From Patescibacteria group bacterium (GTDB lineage Bacteria > Patescibacteriota > Minisyncoccia > Phycocordibacterales > CAIRYW01), in NCBI GenBank assembly GCA_040389185.1, contig JAZKAJ010000006.1:2914-66913 (forward strand): 64,000 nucleotides of DNA, read 5' to 3'. Under the pieces are notes generated by a model. That model saw only the letters and a program-made list of their open reading frames with translations, did not search any database and had not been told where the DNA came from. This document shows positions 10,495 to 20,047 of this stretch, piece by piece; position 1 is the first letter of the stretch, and every line of letters starts with the position of its first letter. A program made the position numbers and the translations under genes.

Positions 10495-11617
10495 CCGCTT
10501 TAGCAATGAGCGCTTCATAGCGCTTTGCAGTTATGCCTATATCATAGTGGCTTGCAGTCTCTATTGCGCACTGACCCATCTCAACTATTTTCAAATAGGA
10601 TCCGTCCATTTTAACGAGTACATCTCTCACACCTTCAGGAGTTCTGTTATCAATAAAATAACCGTTCTTACCTTCACTGATCATTCGGTCAGGACCAGCA
10701 GTTCTCGTTGAAAGGACTGGTAATCCACAAGCAAGAGCTTCAGCGTGCGCAATACCAAAGCCCTCTATATCTGAGGTTGAGATAAAAAAATCTGAGGCAA
10801 TATAATAGCGAAAAATATCCATTTGAGAACCCATCATAAACACCTTACCATTAAGACCGAGATCAACAATTCTTTTTGAAAGAGTTTCTCTTAATGTACC
10901 ATCGCCTAAAATAAGTAATTTATAATCAATATATTCTTTCACAAAAAGATCAAAACCTTCGATGAGTAGTTTCTGATTCTTTTGGGTAGTTAGTCTCCCC
11001 ACATTTATTATCAATCGATCACTATCTTTAAATCCAAGTTCTTTTTTTATTGCGGACTTATTATATGGTTTTATAGTTTCGTTAATTTTTTGAATATCAA
11101 TACCGTTTTGAATCACTTCAAATTTGCTTTCAGAAATGTTTTCCTGTTTTGCAGTAAATTCCTTTACAGTCTCTGAAACTGCCACAATTTTGTAAGTAAC
11201 AAAGGAAAGCCACTTATCAATAAAAATTTCAAAACGGGTCTTTTTGGTGTAGGTATTATGCTCGACAGTAATGATCTTGAATCCTAAAAATAGCTTTATG
11301 ATACGAGTTACGGTGTTAGAGAAAAACAAATGCGATACAACCACGTCTGGGTGAATCTTCCTTAGAGTTCGAAAAAGGGACAACCATCCTTTTATATCTT
11401 TGATGCCCTTCCAAGAAAGTTTTTTTATTTTGATATCTTGAGGAATCAGATCATAGAATGTCTTTTTGCCCTCAAAGGTGATTAAAGTTATCAGGCTATA
11501 GTCGAACTTTTGTCTATCAGCATGATTAAGTACATCCACAATAAGTTTTTGTGCGCCCGCAGCAGTAAAATCATTTATAACTATTACTACCTTTATTTTT
11601 CTATCTTGTTTTTCCAT
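10481..11617 (-). CDS. Glycosyltransferase family 4
   Basis: [15 protein letters not shown] and [17 protein letters not shown] motifs. Confidence 0.9.
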   Translation of the reverse strand: MEKQDRKIKVVIVINDFTAAGAQKLIVDVLNHADRQKFDYSLITLITFEGKKTFYDLIPQDIKIKKLSWKGIKDIKGWLSLFRTLRKIHPDVVVSHLFFSNTVTRIIKLFLGFKIITVEHNTYTKKTRFEIFIDKWLSFVTYKIVAVSETVKEFTAKQENISESKFEVIQNGIDIQKINETIKPYNKSAIKKELGFKDSDRLIINVGRLTTQKNQKLLIEGFDLFVKEYIDYKLLILGDGTLRETLSKRIVDLGLNGKVFMMGSQMDIFRYYIASDFFISTSDIEGFGIAHAEALACGLPVLSTRTAGPDRMISEGKNGYFIDNRTPEGVRDVLVKMDGSYLKIVEMGQCAIETASHYDIGITAKRYEALIAKAATGL

Positions 11618-12389
11618 TTTTTAGACCTTCGTAGATACTGATCGCATTTGATAATTTTGTCTTAAATTGGATGAATGATGTTTTTGAATCAATCGAGTTT
11701 CTTTTCAACTTAAAAATGTCATCATGAGTCTTTATCAGTCCACCTTCAACCGTCACTGCCCCACTCCATTCATTGTCCCTTAGGTAATCAATTATAGCAT
11801 CAGTATATCTACCCTTAGGATATGCAAAAATATCTGCCTTAGCTAAAGTTAGGCTTTCAATGTATTTTCTTGATTCTGATATTTCAGAGGCAGCGATTTC
11901 AAACGAAACCTTATCAAGTACTACATGGTGTGCAGTATGAGGCATTAATTCTGCAACATCTTTGTCTTGAGCAAGCTCTGCAAGCTCACTGTTTTTCATA
12001 AGCGATATCTCCACCCCATCACTTGTTCTCATTGTCTTATTGATATTTTGGGTTGCAATAAAAAATGTAGCTTTTATCCCTAATTCCTTGAGGATGGGAT
12101 ATGCAATCTCAAAATTATCTTTGTAACCGTCATCAAAAGTAATACACACAGTATTCTTGAATTGCTCACTTTTTTTCATTTTATCGATCAATTCTGATAT
12201 GAAAATAATATTATATCCATTATCCTTTATATATTGCATCTGTCTCCCAAATGCTTCTTTTGTGACAGTAAAATAAGCATTGTTATCACCTATCGAGTGA
12301 TACATGAGTATCGAGCATCCACTATTCCTCTTGCCACATAGAGCAAAGAGAATAAAACAGATCAGGTCTTTGAGAGACTGCTTTAACAT
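11601..12389 (-). CDS. Polysaccharide deacetylase (IcaB-like CE4)
   Basis: ILMYHSI, ITFDDGYKDN, ATFFI, HTAHH and FAYPKG motifs. Confidence 0.88.
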   Translation of the reverse strand: MLKQSLKDLICFILFALCGKRNSGCSILMYHSIGDNNAYFTVTKEAFGRQMQYIKDNGYNIIFISELIDKMKKSEQFKNTVCITFDDGYKDNFEIAYPILKELGIKATFFIATQNINKTMRTSDGVEISLMKNSELAELAQDKDVAELMPHTAHHVVLDKVSFEIAASEISESRKYIESLTLAKADIFAYPKGRYTDAIIDYLRDNEWSGAVTVEGGLIKTHDDIFKLKRNSIDSKTSFIQFKTKLSNAISIYEGLKNGKTR

Positions 12390-13426
12390 ACAATTTTTTG
12401 AATAAGGGATTTTAAACTATGTTGCTCAAGCACTATACTTCGAAGCATCACACCTATTTCTTTTTTGGTTTCCTTATCTAACAGATGGATCTGTTTTATT
12501 TTCTCTGCGAGATCGATTGCATCATTTTCGTTGAACATTAGAATACTGTGCCATTTTTTTGGAAAGATATTTTCATATGACCGGTTTGAAACAAGTGCGA
12601 GCCCCCCGCACGCCATCATCTCAAGAATCACTTTATCAAATGAACCAGTTGGCGTGAGATTCACCAACACTCCATGAGAATTATATATCTCTACTGTTTT
12701 GTTGTTTGGAACAGAACCAGGAAATGATACAAGATTTCGTTCTTCTATTTCCTTTGCTTTTTCTTTCAAGTTTTCAAAATAGCCTTTTTCAGAATCCACT
12801 TTAACAGGACCACCATAAAGATCTGCCTTAAAGGTATCGCTTTCTTTTGAGAGAAGGAGAAGTGATTCAACAAGTATTTCCACTTTTTTAATTGATGAGA
12901 TTCGCCCCAAATAAAGCAAAGGTGAATCAGATCTTTGATCATCATGATTGTCCCTAAAGTAATCTGTATCAATACCAGCAGGCATGATCTCAGTTTTTTT
13001 GAACTTTGCAGTAAATGAAAACTCTGAAGTACAAAATACCCTATCGGAAAGAAATACCGCGAGCTTTGTTTTCCAAGTGCCATTCGGATGATTTCTCCAC
13101 ATGAATATCTTTTTACCCCGAAGCTTCCAAATAAGGGCACCAAGTAGCACGTATTCTTGGTTCATATGTACAAATACTGTGTCATATGTGCTGTTCATAG
13201 AAATGATTCTCTTATAAAAATTTGAAATGTATGAGAACCTTGACTGTTTCGTCTCTTTTCCAAGTGAAAAAACTGGAATCGATTTTGGAAGGCTATTTAC
13301 CCCCTTTTCCAAGCAGATCACAGAAACACTCGATACTTTTTTTTCAAATTCCTCCACCCAACGGATAAAGAATCCTAAAACATCATCATCTTTATCTATC
13401 TTTTGGGTTATAACAAGTAATTTCAT
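12383..13426 (-). CDS. Glycosyltransferase family 4
   Basis: MKLLVITQKIDKDDDVLGFF, LGRISSIKK and GSFDKVILEMMACG motifs. Confidence 0.85.
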   Translation of the reverse strand: MKLLVITQKIDKDDDVLGFFIRWVEEFEKKVSSVSVICLEKGVNSLPKSIPVFSLGKETKQSRFSYISNFYKRIISMNSTYDTVFVHMNQEYVLLGALIWKLRGKKIFMWRNHPNGTWKTKLAVFLSDRVFCTSEFSFTAKFKKTEIMPAGIDTDYFRDNHDDQRSDSPLLYLGRISSIKKVEILVESLLLLSKESDTFKADLYGGPVKVDSEKGYFENLKEKAKEIEERNLVSFPGSVPNNKTVEIYNSHGVLVNLTPTGSFDKVILEMMACGGLALVSNRSYENIFPKKWHSILMFNENDAIDLAEKIKQIHLLDKETKKEIGVMLRSIVLEQHSLKSLIQKIVC

Positions 13427-14274
13427 ATGTTTTCGCCATAGACACCGCGAAGGAGATGTAAATCTTTATGTGTTTTTTTGAGTAATTCAATATTTTTTTC
13501 TTCCATTGCCCTGAGCATTTGTATACCTTTTTCATCCTTTGTGTGTATAGAATAAAACTTTGAAAGTGCGGCGAAATCTTTAATAAAACATTCACCCCCT
13601 GCTCCTCTACCTGATTTGTGTAGTGCATTTGCATAAGTTGGTCCATTATCTGGATCTGCAGATATCGCTTTTTTGATATTTTCATAATCTACACCGAAAC
13701 TTTCTGTCAAATCATGGAAAATGTTTGCCATAAGTACTCGTGCGTATCCAATAGAGTTTCTTGCGTATTTGATAAGCTCAGCTTCTGTTGAGTCGCATAT
13801 AAGCTCAAAAGGTGCTTCAGGAAGGATTTCCATAACCCCTCTTGCAATATCTTTATGCTTTTCATCGTTTAAAGGAATACCAATAATATTTCTCGCAGGA
13901 TTTGAGGCATCATATTTTGCGGTTGCAACAGACAGAAACTCAGGGTTGACCAAAACAACAATATCTTTGAAATCTACTTGGATCTTTTTTAAGGTTCCTG
14001 GTAAAAGGGTTGATTTGATTACGGCAACCTTATCCTTACCCACCAGTTTTAATGCCTCTCTCACAATTGAATCATCAAACTCGCCGTGTTTTGTTGGTGT
14101 AGGAACAGCAACAAAAACGAGATCGCAATCCTTTATCATGTCTTTATTCATCACATACTCCTTTTCCAAGGAATATCTAACCACCGTTAAACCACGCTCC
14201 TCAAAATCATCAGAATAATTCTTACCAATCCATCCCTGTCCTATGAATCCAATTTTTTTATTTTTAAAGTCCAT
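13423..14274 (-). CDS. UDP-glucose/GDP-mannose dehydrogenase family protein, short form with NAD-binding and central domains only
   Basis: GFIGQGWIG, VAVPTP, IKSTLLPG, NPEFL, AELIKY and the catalytic-Cys motif GAGGECFIKD. Only 283 aa. Confidence 0.8.
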   Translation of the reverse strand: MDFKNKKIGFIGQGWIGKNYSDDFEERGLTVVRYSLEKEYVMNKDMIKDCDLVFVAVPTPTKHGEFDDSIVREALKLVGKDKVAVIKSTLLPGTLKKIQVDFKDIVVLVNPEFLSVATAKYDASNPARNIIGIPLNDEKHKDIARGVMEILPEAPFELICDSTEAELIKYARNSIGYARVLMANIFHDLTESFGVDYENIKKAISADPDNGPTYANALHKSGRGAGGECFIKDFAALSKFYSIHTKDEKGIQMLRAMEEKNIELLKKTHKDLHLLRGVYGENI

Positions 14275-14293
14275 TTATTTATAGTCTAAATTA

Positions 14294-15643
14294 TTATTCT
14301 CCTCCGCTTCCTGGGATGAGTGTGAGCACTTCTTTGATCGGCATACAAAGCTTTTCTGCATTGCCAGCGCTCCCGTCCTCTAGGATCATCTCAGCCACCT
14401 TTGTCATCGCGGGATATGCACTTCGAAGAAGTTGATTAGCATAGATCACGACATTTACTCCCGCTTTTTCTAGTTCGTCCTCAGTGACAGAAGAATAGGT
14501 ACTTGGCACAACAGCAAGCGGAACTCTGTTCTTGAATTTTTTGTACTCTTTGCAGAATTCAAATATTTCCGTCGGCTCCTTTTCTTTGCTGTGAATAAGG
14601 ATCCCGTCAGCACCTGCCTCGATATATGCTTTTGCACGAGTAAGTGCGTCTTCCATACCCTGCTTTAAAATGAGACTTTCTATTCGAGCAAAGATCATAA
14701 AATGATTGGTTACCTGAGCCTTTTTACCCATAGAGATCTTGTAGCAAAAATCTTCAATGCTGTCCTGAATCTGATTTGCCCCTGTTCCAAAAAGTGAATT
14801 CGCTTTAAGACCTTTCTTGTCTTCAATAATAACTGCTGATGCGCCCAATCGCTCCAACGTCTTTACCATAAGTGCAAAGTGTTCTGGGAATCCTCCGTTA
14901 TCCGCATCTACAATCATTGGCTTTGTTGTTACATCAAATATCTGATCGATAGTACTTTGTCTTGAAGTAAAATCAACAGAACCATTATCAGGCTTTCCTT
15001 TTGCAACAGAATCAGTGAGCGAAGAAAGCCACATTCCATCAAATTCTGACGCTTTTTCTTCTTTTGAGATTTTGGTCTTTTCTACAATTCTCCCAGTAAG
15101 ACCATTGTGGACTTCCATAATTCTTATAAGCGGCTTTACAGATAAGTATCTTCGAAGAAGCTTCATTCGTGTCTCAGGTGTAACACCTTGTCCAACGAGC
15201 CCCTCTATAAGATTGGTAGTTGATGGAATACTTTCTATTCGCTTAGGCTCAACCAATTCACCCCCGTATTCATTTAAAATTTCTATTACTTTTTTTCTTT
15301 TTTCTGATTGAACGCTTTCCTTCCAGTCATCGCCATGAACAAAATAATCTGGTTTTAATTTTCGAAGATTTGGCTCAAAATCGTGAACTTCTTGAAGCAT
15401 TACCGAATCAACCCCGACAATACTCTCAATGATCTTCTTTCGCTGATCATAAGTAGATAACGGCACTCTTTTGTATGTAGCTATAGCTTCGTCGCTCAAA
15501 AGCCCGATAACAACTTTCCCGAGTTTTCTTGCCTCATTGATAATGTAAATATGACCATAATGAATAAGGTCCACTGCCATTGGCAAATAAACAACCTTCT
15601 CTTTTTTATCGTTATCCTGGCTAGTTTTTTTAGTCTTTTTCAT
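14294..15643 (-). CDS. pepM: Phosphoenolpyruvate mutase with N-terminal HxGH cytidylyltransferase domain
   Basis: Diagnostic EDK-x5-NS motif (EDKKGLKANS), plus FDGMWLSSLTDS, VDADNGG, ARIESLI, VPSTY and IYANQLLR. N-terminal DLIHYGH...HGDDW. Confidence 0.95.
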   Translation of the reverse strand: MKKTKKTSQDNDKKEKVVYLPMAVDLIHYGHIYIINEARKLGKVVIGLLSDEAIATYKRVPLSTYDQRKKIIESIVGVDSVMLQEVHDFEPNLRKLKPDYFVHGDDWKESVQSEKRKKVIEILNEYGGELVEPKRIESIPSTTNLIEGLVGQGVTPETRMKLLRRYLSVKPLIRIMEVHNGLTGRIVEKTKISKEEKASEFDGMWLSSLTDSVAKGKPDNGSVDFTSRQSTIDQIFDVTTKPMIVDADNGGFPEHFALMVKTLERLGASAVIIEDKKGLKANSLFGTGANQIQDSIEDFCYKISMGKKAQVTNHFMIFARIESLILKQGMEDALTRAKAYIEAGADGILIHSKEKEPTEIFEFCKEYKKFKNRVPLAVVPSTYSSVTEDELEKAGVNVVIYANQLLRSAYPAMTKVAEMILEDGSAGNAEKLCMPIKEVLTLIPGSGGE

Positions 15644-15689
15644 AGAGATTACTATACATTATGGCAATACTTATAACAAGTTCAAACCC

Positions 15690-16622
15690 TTAAACTAACT
15701 CAGCAGTAAAAGTTTTTTTACTTAATAATTCATTGTAGAGCATTGACCACTCTGCACTATATTTTTTAAATTCTTCAACTTCTTTTTCATCCCAGATTTT
15801 CTCTTTGTTATGCCATGGCTTTATGCCCTTTTTCTGCATCTTCTTGATCTCTTTTTCACTCAAGATCGGTGTCAATCCAAACTCTTTTGCCACATTCTTA
15901 TAGTAGCCATAATAATCCTGTCTTGCTTCATTCAATTTAAATATAAAGATCTTCTCTTTTGGAATTTCTTTCAACTGTTCCCAAATATCTTTATTCATCT
16001 TATTTCCCCACCACGCGATCTTTCCGACTCGAGTGAGACCATCCCATTCTCTATAGAATTCTCCGTTAGGCACCAGTCGTCCAAAGAGATAAAGCCAATA
16101 CCATTTCTGTGGAAAGTTAGGTTGAAACCCGAGTGCCATATCGACATTATCTCGCACATATTTGTGCTCAAAAAATCCCTTATTGTAAATCGATTGGACT
16201 GTAAACTTTGGATCATTGATCGCAAAGATGATTCGTTCAGGTCGAAGCAAAGTATTGAGTTCTACAATCCCATGTGAAAAGAAAGGGCTGATAACAAGCG
16301 CAATATCTCCTTTTTTCCAATCTTCAACAATGCCGTGCTTTATAAGCTTTATGATCCCTGCAGTATCAATCGGTAGTTTGTTGTATTTTATGTATCGATA
16401 GAAACATTCCGGCTCAAAATATCTTTCAGTGATTCCTGTTGCATTTGTATGCAAATTAAAAATATCTCCAAGCAAACGTGTGCCAGAGCGAGCCGCTAAA
16501 GTACAAAGAATTAACTTTTTCCCAGCCTGAAGTCCTTTTTCGTATTCCAAATCAACTGATTCAAGTATTTTGGAATCGAGACCTCCCCTATCCCATGAGA
16601 TCAAAAGCTTTCCTATTTTCAT
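15690..16622 (-). CDS. Sulfotransferase-fold (P-loop) protein of unknown function within the phosphonate operon
   Basis: LILCTLAARSGTRLLGDIFNLH resembles the 5'-PSB loop (PRSGT). IIFAINDPKFTVQSIY resembles the 3'-PB motif (RDPRD-x2-S). Confidence 0.55.
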   Translation of the reverse strand: MKIGKLLISWDRGGLDSKILESVDLEYEKGLQAGKKLILCTLAARSGTRLLGDIFNLHTNATGITERYFEPECFYRYIKYNKLPIDTAGIIKLIKHGIVEDWKKGDIALVISPFFSHGIVELNTLLRPERIIFAINDPKFTVQSIYNKGFFEHKYVRDNVDMALGFQPNFPQKWYWLYLFGRLVPNGEFYREWDGLTRVGKIAWWGNKMNKDIWEQLKEIPKEKIFIFKLNEARQDYYGYYKNVAKEFGLTPILSEKEIKKMQKKGIKPWHNKEKIWDEKEVEEFKKYSAEWSMLYNELLSKKTFTAELV

Positions 16623-16629
16623 AATAAAA

Positions 16630-17760
16630 TTAGATGATGGTGTTTAGTATTAATCTTGCGTCTATGAGGGTCATATTTCTCGGATTATTCTTCATTCGTT
16701 CTATCGATGCTTCCTTGAGAATCAGATCGATATCCACCGGCTTCAATTTATCAAAATTCACCTTAAGTCCTATTGCATTAAAAAGTTCATCTAGTGTTTC
16801 TGATGCTTCTTTTGGGGTCTTAGTGCCTAGTATCTCGACGATCTCATCGATCGTCCCCTTTACATAACTTACTCCCCGAGGATCGTTATTATTTTCTTCA
16901 TTAACCTCGCTATTATATATCAAAATCTGAGGCAGAGTAAGAGATACTGCCTGGCCGTGCGGAATGTTGAAATGGGATGTAAACGGATAAGAAAGGGCGT
17001 GGCAAGCGGTAGTTTTTGAGATATTAATAGCCTTTCCTGCCAAGTGCGAACCTTTTGCTATAATTTCTCGAAGTTTTTGATCTGGTTTTAATACCACATC
17101 TTTCAAATTTGGATATAAAAGAGATAGAGCTTCTCTTGCATACTCTTTTGATTCTTCAGTTGAAGCAACAGACCACAATGATTCAATCGCCTGACAAAGT
17201 GCATCAGCACCTGCCTGTGCCGTAATCTCTGCATTTAAATTTGATGTGAGTAGTGGATCAACGATTGAAATAGTAGGTAAGATCTTTTGATCGGCAAGCG
17301 AATATTTTGTTGTATCAATATAAACCACTGCAAAATGTGTTGCCTCGCTTCCAGATCCAGATGTAGTAGGAATCGCAACAAGCGGCAAGCCATTTGTTGT
17401 TAATTTTTTTTCTCCTTTAATACAATCTTCCAAATCACCCATCTGAAACGAAAGTATATTTACAAGTTTTGCCATATCGATCACACTGCCACCTCCAACT
17501 GCAACAACTATATCAGGAACAAATTTTTTAAACTCTTCTATCCCCTTTTTTACATCTATAATATTTGGATTTGATTTGAAATCAGAGAATTGAAAAACAT
17601 TCTTACCTTGAAAGATAGACTCTAATTCTTTTTCTGCCCCCGATTCTTTGAACGAATTTTTGCCCGTTACAAGAAAGATCCTTTCGCTTTTTAAATTGCT
17701 TAGGACCTCTTCAAGTTTTTTAATGCTACCATTCCCAAAATATTCTACTTGTTTTTCCAT
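16630..17760 (-). CDS. Phosphonoacetaldehyde reductase (iron-containing alcohol dehydrogenase), HEP-forming
   Basis: VGGGSVIDMAK, IPTTSGSGSEATHFAV, DALCQAIES, AGKAINISKTTACHALSYP and HGQAV motifs. Begins 3 nt after the ppd stop. Confidence 0.85.
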   Translation of the reverse strand: MEKQVEYFGNGSIKKLEEVLSNLKSERIFLVTGKNSFKESGAEKELESIFQGKNVFQFSDFKSNPNIIDVKKGIEEFKKFVPDIVVAVGGGSVIDMAKLVNILSFQMGDLEDCIKGEKKLTTNGLPLVAIPTTSGSGSEATHFAVVYIDTTKYSLADQKILPTISIVDPLLTSNLNAEITAQAGADALCQAIESLWSVASTEESKEYAREALSLLYPNLKDVVLKPDQKLREIIAKGSHLAGKAINISKTTACHALSYPFTSHFNIPHGQAVSLTLPQILIYNSEVNEENNNDPRGVSYVKGTIDEIVEILGTKTPKEASETLDELFNAIGLKVNFDKLKPVDIDLILKEASIERMKNNPRNMTLIDARLILNTII

Positions 17761-17762
17761 TT

Positions 17763-18893
17763 CTAATTATTCAAAAAATTCATAAAATCGTTCTTATTCT
17801 CTAAAGGAGTTCTTGTTGGTCTCCCAAGATCTTTTCTTGCACCAGGTGTTACAAGGATTTCCATAAGAATTGGTCCTTCAAGTTTTTCAATCTCTTTAAA
17901 ATTAACCTTGATGTCATCCTCTGTTTTTGAGCAAAAAACATGTTTGTAATTTGAAGCTTTTGCGATAGATCCAAAATCCATCACTGTTGCGGCTGTCGGT
18001 TGACCACCTACAGAATCGTGCACCTTATTATTAAAGACAATATGTATAAAATTCTTTGGTGCAACCTTGCCCGCAGTACCATATGCACCAAGATGCATTA
18101 TAGATGCGCCATCACCATCAAAACAATATACTTTTTTCGTAGGCTTCGCGATTGCAATACCAAGTGCGATCGAAGATGCGTGACCCATACCTCCAACAGT
18201 GAGAAAATCTCGGTCGTGTGTGTCATTATTTTTTACTCGAAGTTCAAACAGCTCTCTTGAGAGCTTACCTGTAGTACCGACAACGACAGCATCTCTTGAG
18301 ATCAATTCAATAACACTCTTCAATGCATCTTCGCGACTGATTGTGATATCACTTGAAATATTTTTCTTTGATCCTTCGTAGTTTGAAAATGTACCGCTCT
18401 TTACTACAAGTGCATACGGCGCTGAATTCTCTATCATTATTTTATATGCTTCTTGTACAGCAACCTTGGCCTCCTCATCATTATCAGGAAGAATTTTGTA
18501 CGGAACTCCCATTACCTCAAGCATTGAGAGCGTGATCTTTCCTTGTTTTTTATGCTGTGGTTCATCTGGAACCCCTTCTTCACCTCTCCATCCCACAAGC
18601 AAAAGAATGGGTACAGAATATATTTCTGGATCAGCAAGAGAGACCAGTGGGTTTAAGGTATTACCGAGACCAGAATTTTGAAGATAGACAAGGCCGATCT
18701 TTTTTGAGGCAAGATAATATCCCATTGCCAGAGCAACCGCATTCCCTTCGTTAGCAGCAATGATATGTTTATCTTCTGAAACATTATCATTCACAAACCC
18801 GCAGAAATCCTTCAAAAGCGAATCTGGCACACCAGCAAAAAATTCAATATTATTCTCTGCAAGCGCTTCAAAAAATGATTTGGGTGATACCAT
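17763..18893 (-). CDS. aepY: Phosphonopyruvate decarboxylase (TPP-dependent)
   Basis: FFAGVPDSLLK, ANEGNAVALA, YLQNSGLGN, GWRGE...DEPQH, FLTVGGMGHAS, DGDG...MHLG, HDSVGGQPT and LGRP motifs. Confidence 0.95.
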   Translation of the reverse strand: MVSPKSFFEALAENNIEFFAGVPDSLLKDFCGFVNDNVSEDKHIIAANEGNAVALAMGYYLASKKIGLVYLQNSGLGNTLNPLVSLADPEIYSVPILLLVGWRGEEGVPDEPQHKKQGKITLSMLEVMGVPYKILPDNDEEAKVAVQEAYKIMIENSAPYALVVKSGTFSNYEGSKKNISSDITISREDALKSVIELISRDAVVVGTTGKLSRELFELRVKNNDTHDRDFLTVGGMGHASSIALGIAIAKPTKKVYCFDGDGASIMHLGAYGTAGKVAPKNFIHIVFNNKVHDSVGGQPTAATVMDFGSIAKASNYKHVFCSKTEDDIKVNFKEIEKLEGPILMEILVTPGARKDLGRPTRTPLENKNDFMNFLNN

Positions 18894-18934
18894 AAAGAGT
18901 GGATTATAGCTTTATATCAAGTGATTATATCATA

Positions 18935-20047
18935 TTACTCCCTATTTTTATTTGCCCTTCGAGTCATAATTCCCTGCCAAGATTTGAGATAGTCTTTCAA
19001 AGTTTCATCAAGTGATAGCAATTTGTTACAGATCTTATTATTATTTTCTTTCACTATTTTTCGAAAATTCTTGTTCTTGATCATTTCTATCATTGCATTT
19101 ACTAAAGCATCTTTATTGTTTACGGGGATCACGAGTCCATTTTCTTTATCACCGATCACTTCGTGAGCACATCCAACATCAGTCATAATAACTGGCAAGC
19201 CAAAGCACGCAGCCACGATCGGTGCTAGTCCGTACCCTTCTGCATTCGAGGTCAAAAGAAAACAATCAGATCGAGCGAAAAAGAGTGTTACATCACTCAC
19301 AAATCCTTCAAATAAAACCGAATCTTCAAGTCCTAATCGCTCAACCAACGAAACAAGATTATTTTTTTCAATTCCCTCACCCAGAATCATTAATTTTGTA
19401 TTAGGATATGATTGAAGAACTTCTTTCATTGCTTCAATTTGAAGAGGTATATTCTTGATCGGTACAAGCCTGCTTGCTGTCACAAAAGTTAAATCCTCAT
19501 CTTGTTCTAACCGAGCTGCAGCTGCAACGGCTTTTGCCTTTGTTTCAGCACAATCAACAAAAATTGGAACAACTGTAATAACCTCTTCTTTAATATTAAA
19601 ATTCTTTATGAGGTCTTTTTTTAGCCTATTACTTACCGCTCGAATACCGTCCGCTCTTTTGAGTACAAATCGCGCAATTGCTTTTCGTACTGGATTTAAT
19701 TTTTCAAAGCCGTGTACCTGAATCTCAAGACCCAAAGAATTTCGTCTGGAGAGATAAAGTGCAAGAAGTCCTAAAAAGTAAGGGTCTCTCGTTGTAATGA
19801 GATCGTATCCATTTTTTTTTATTATTTTTTTTGCAAGACCAAGTATACGAAAAAGGTCAGAGATCTTATTAGTTTTTTTTATGCTGTAGACCATGACTTT
19901 GTCTGTAATAGGTGTCTCAGATGCACAAGGTGCTGGGACAATAATATCGTGTCGGCCCGTTAATTCTCCATAGAGCTTGAATCGCTCGCTAAGTGGCGAA
20001 TTTTTATCGAGAACCGTTGCATCAAGACCTATTGTGAGTATTTTCAT
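18935..20047 (-). CDS. Glycosyltransferase family 4
   Basis: ASRLVPIKN and EGYGLAPIVAACFGLPVIMTDVG motifs. Confidence 0.85.
   Translation of the reverse strand: MKILTIGLDATVLDKNSPLSERFKLYGELTGRHDIIVPAPCASETPITDKVMVYSIKKTNKISDLFRILGLAKKIIKKNGYDLITTRDPYFLGLLALYLSRRNSLGLEIQVHGFEKLNPVRKAIARFVLKRADGIRAVSNRLKKDLIKNFNIKEEVITVVPIFVDCAETKAKAVAAAARLEQDEDLTFVTASRLVPIKNIPLQIEAMKEVLQSYPNTKLMILGEGIEKNNLVSLVERLGLEDSVLFEGFVSDVTLFFARSDCFLLTSNAEGYGLAPIVAACFGLPVIMTDVGCAHEVIGDKENGLVIPVNNKDALVNAMIEMIKNKNFRKIVKENNNKICNKLLSLDETLKDYLKSWQGIMTRRANKNRE

Noticed and set aside
14294-18893. Phosphonate antibiotic (fosfomycin/dehydrophos-type) cluster
   Set aside because: The early steps are shared, but no radical-SAM methylase, epoxidase, peptide ligase or resistance kinase is adjacent. 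The context is glycosyltransferases and a flippase.
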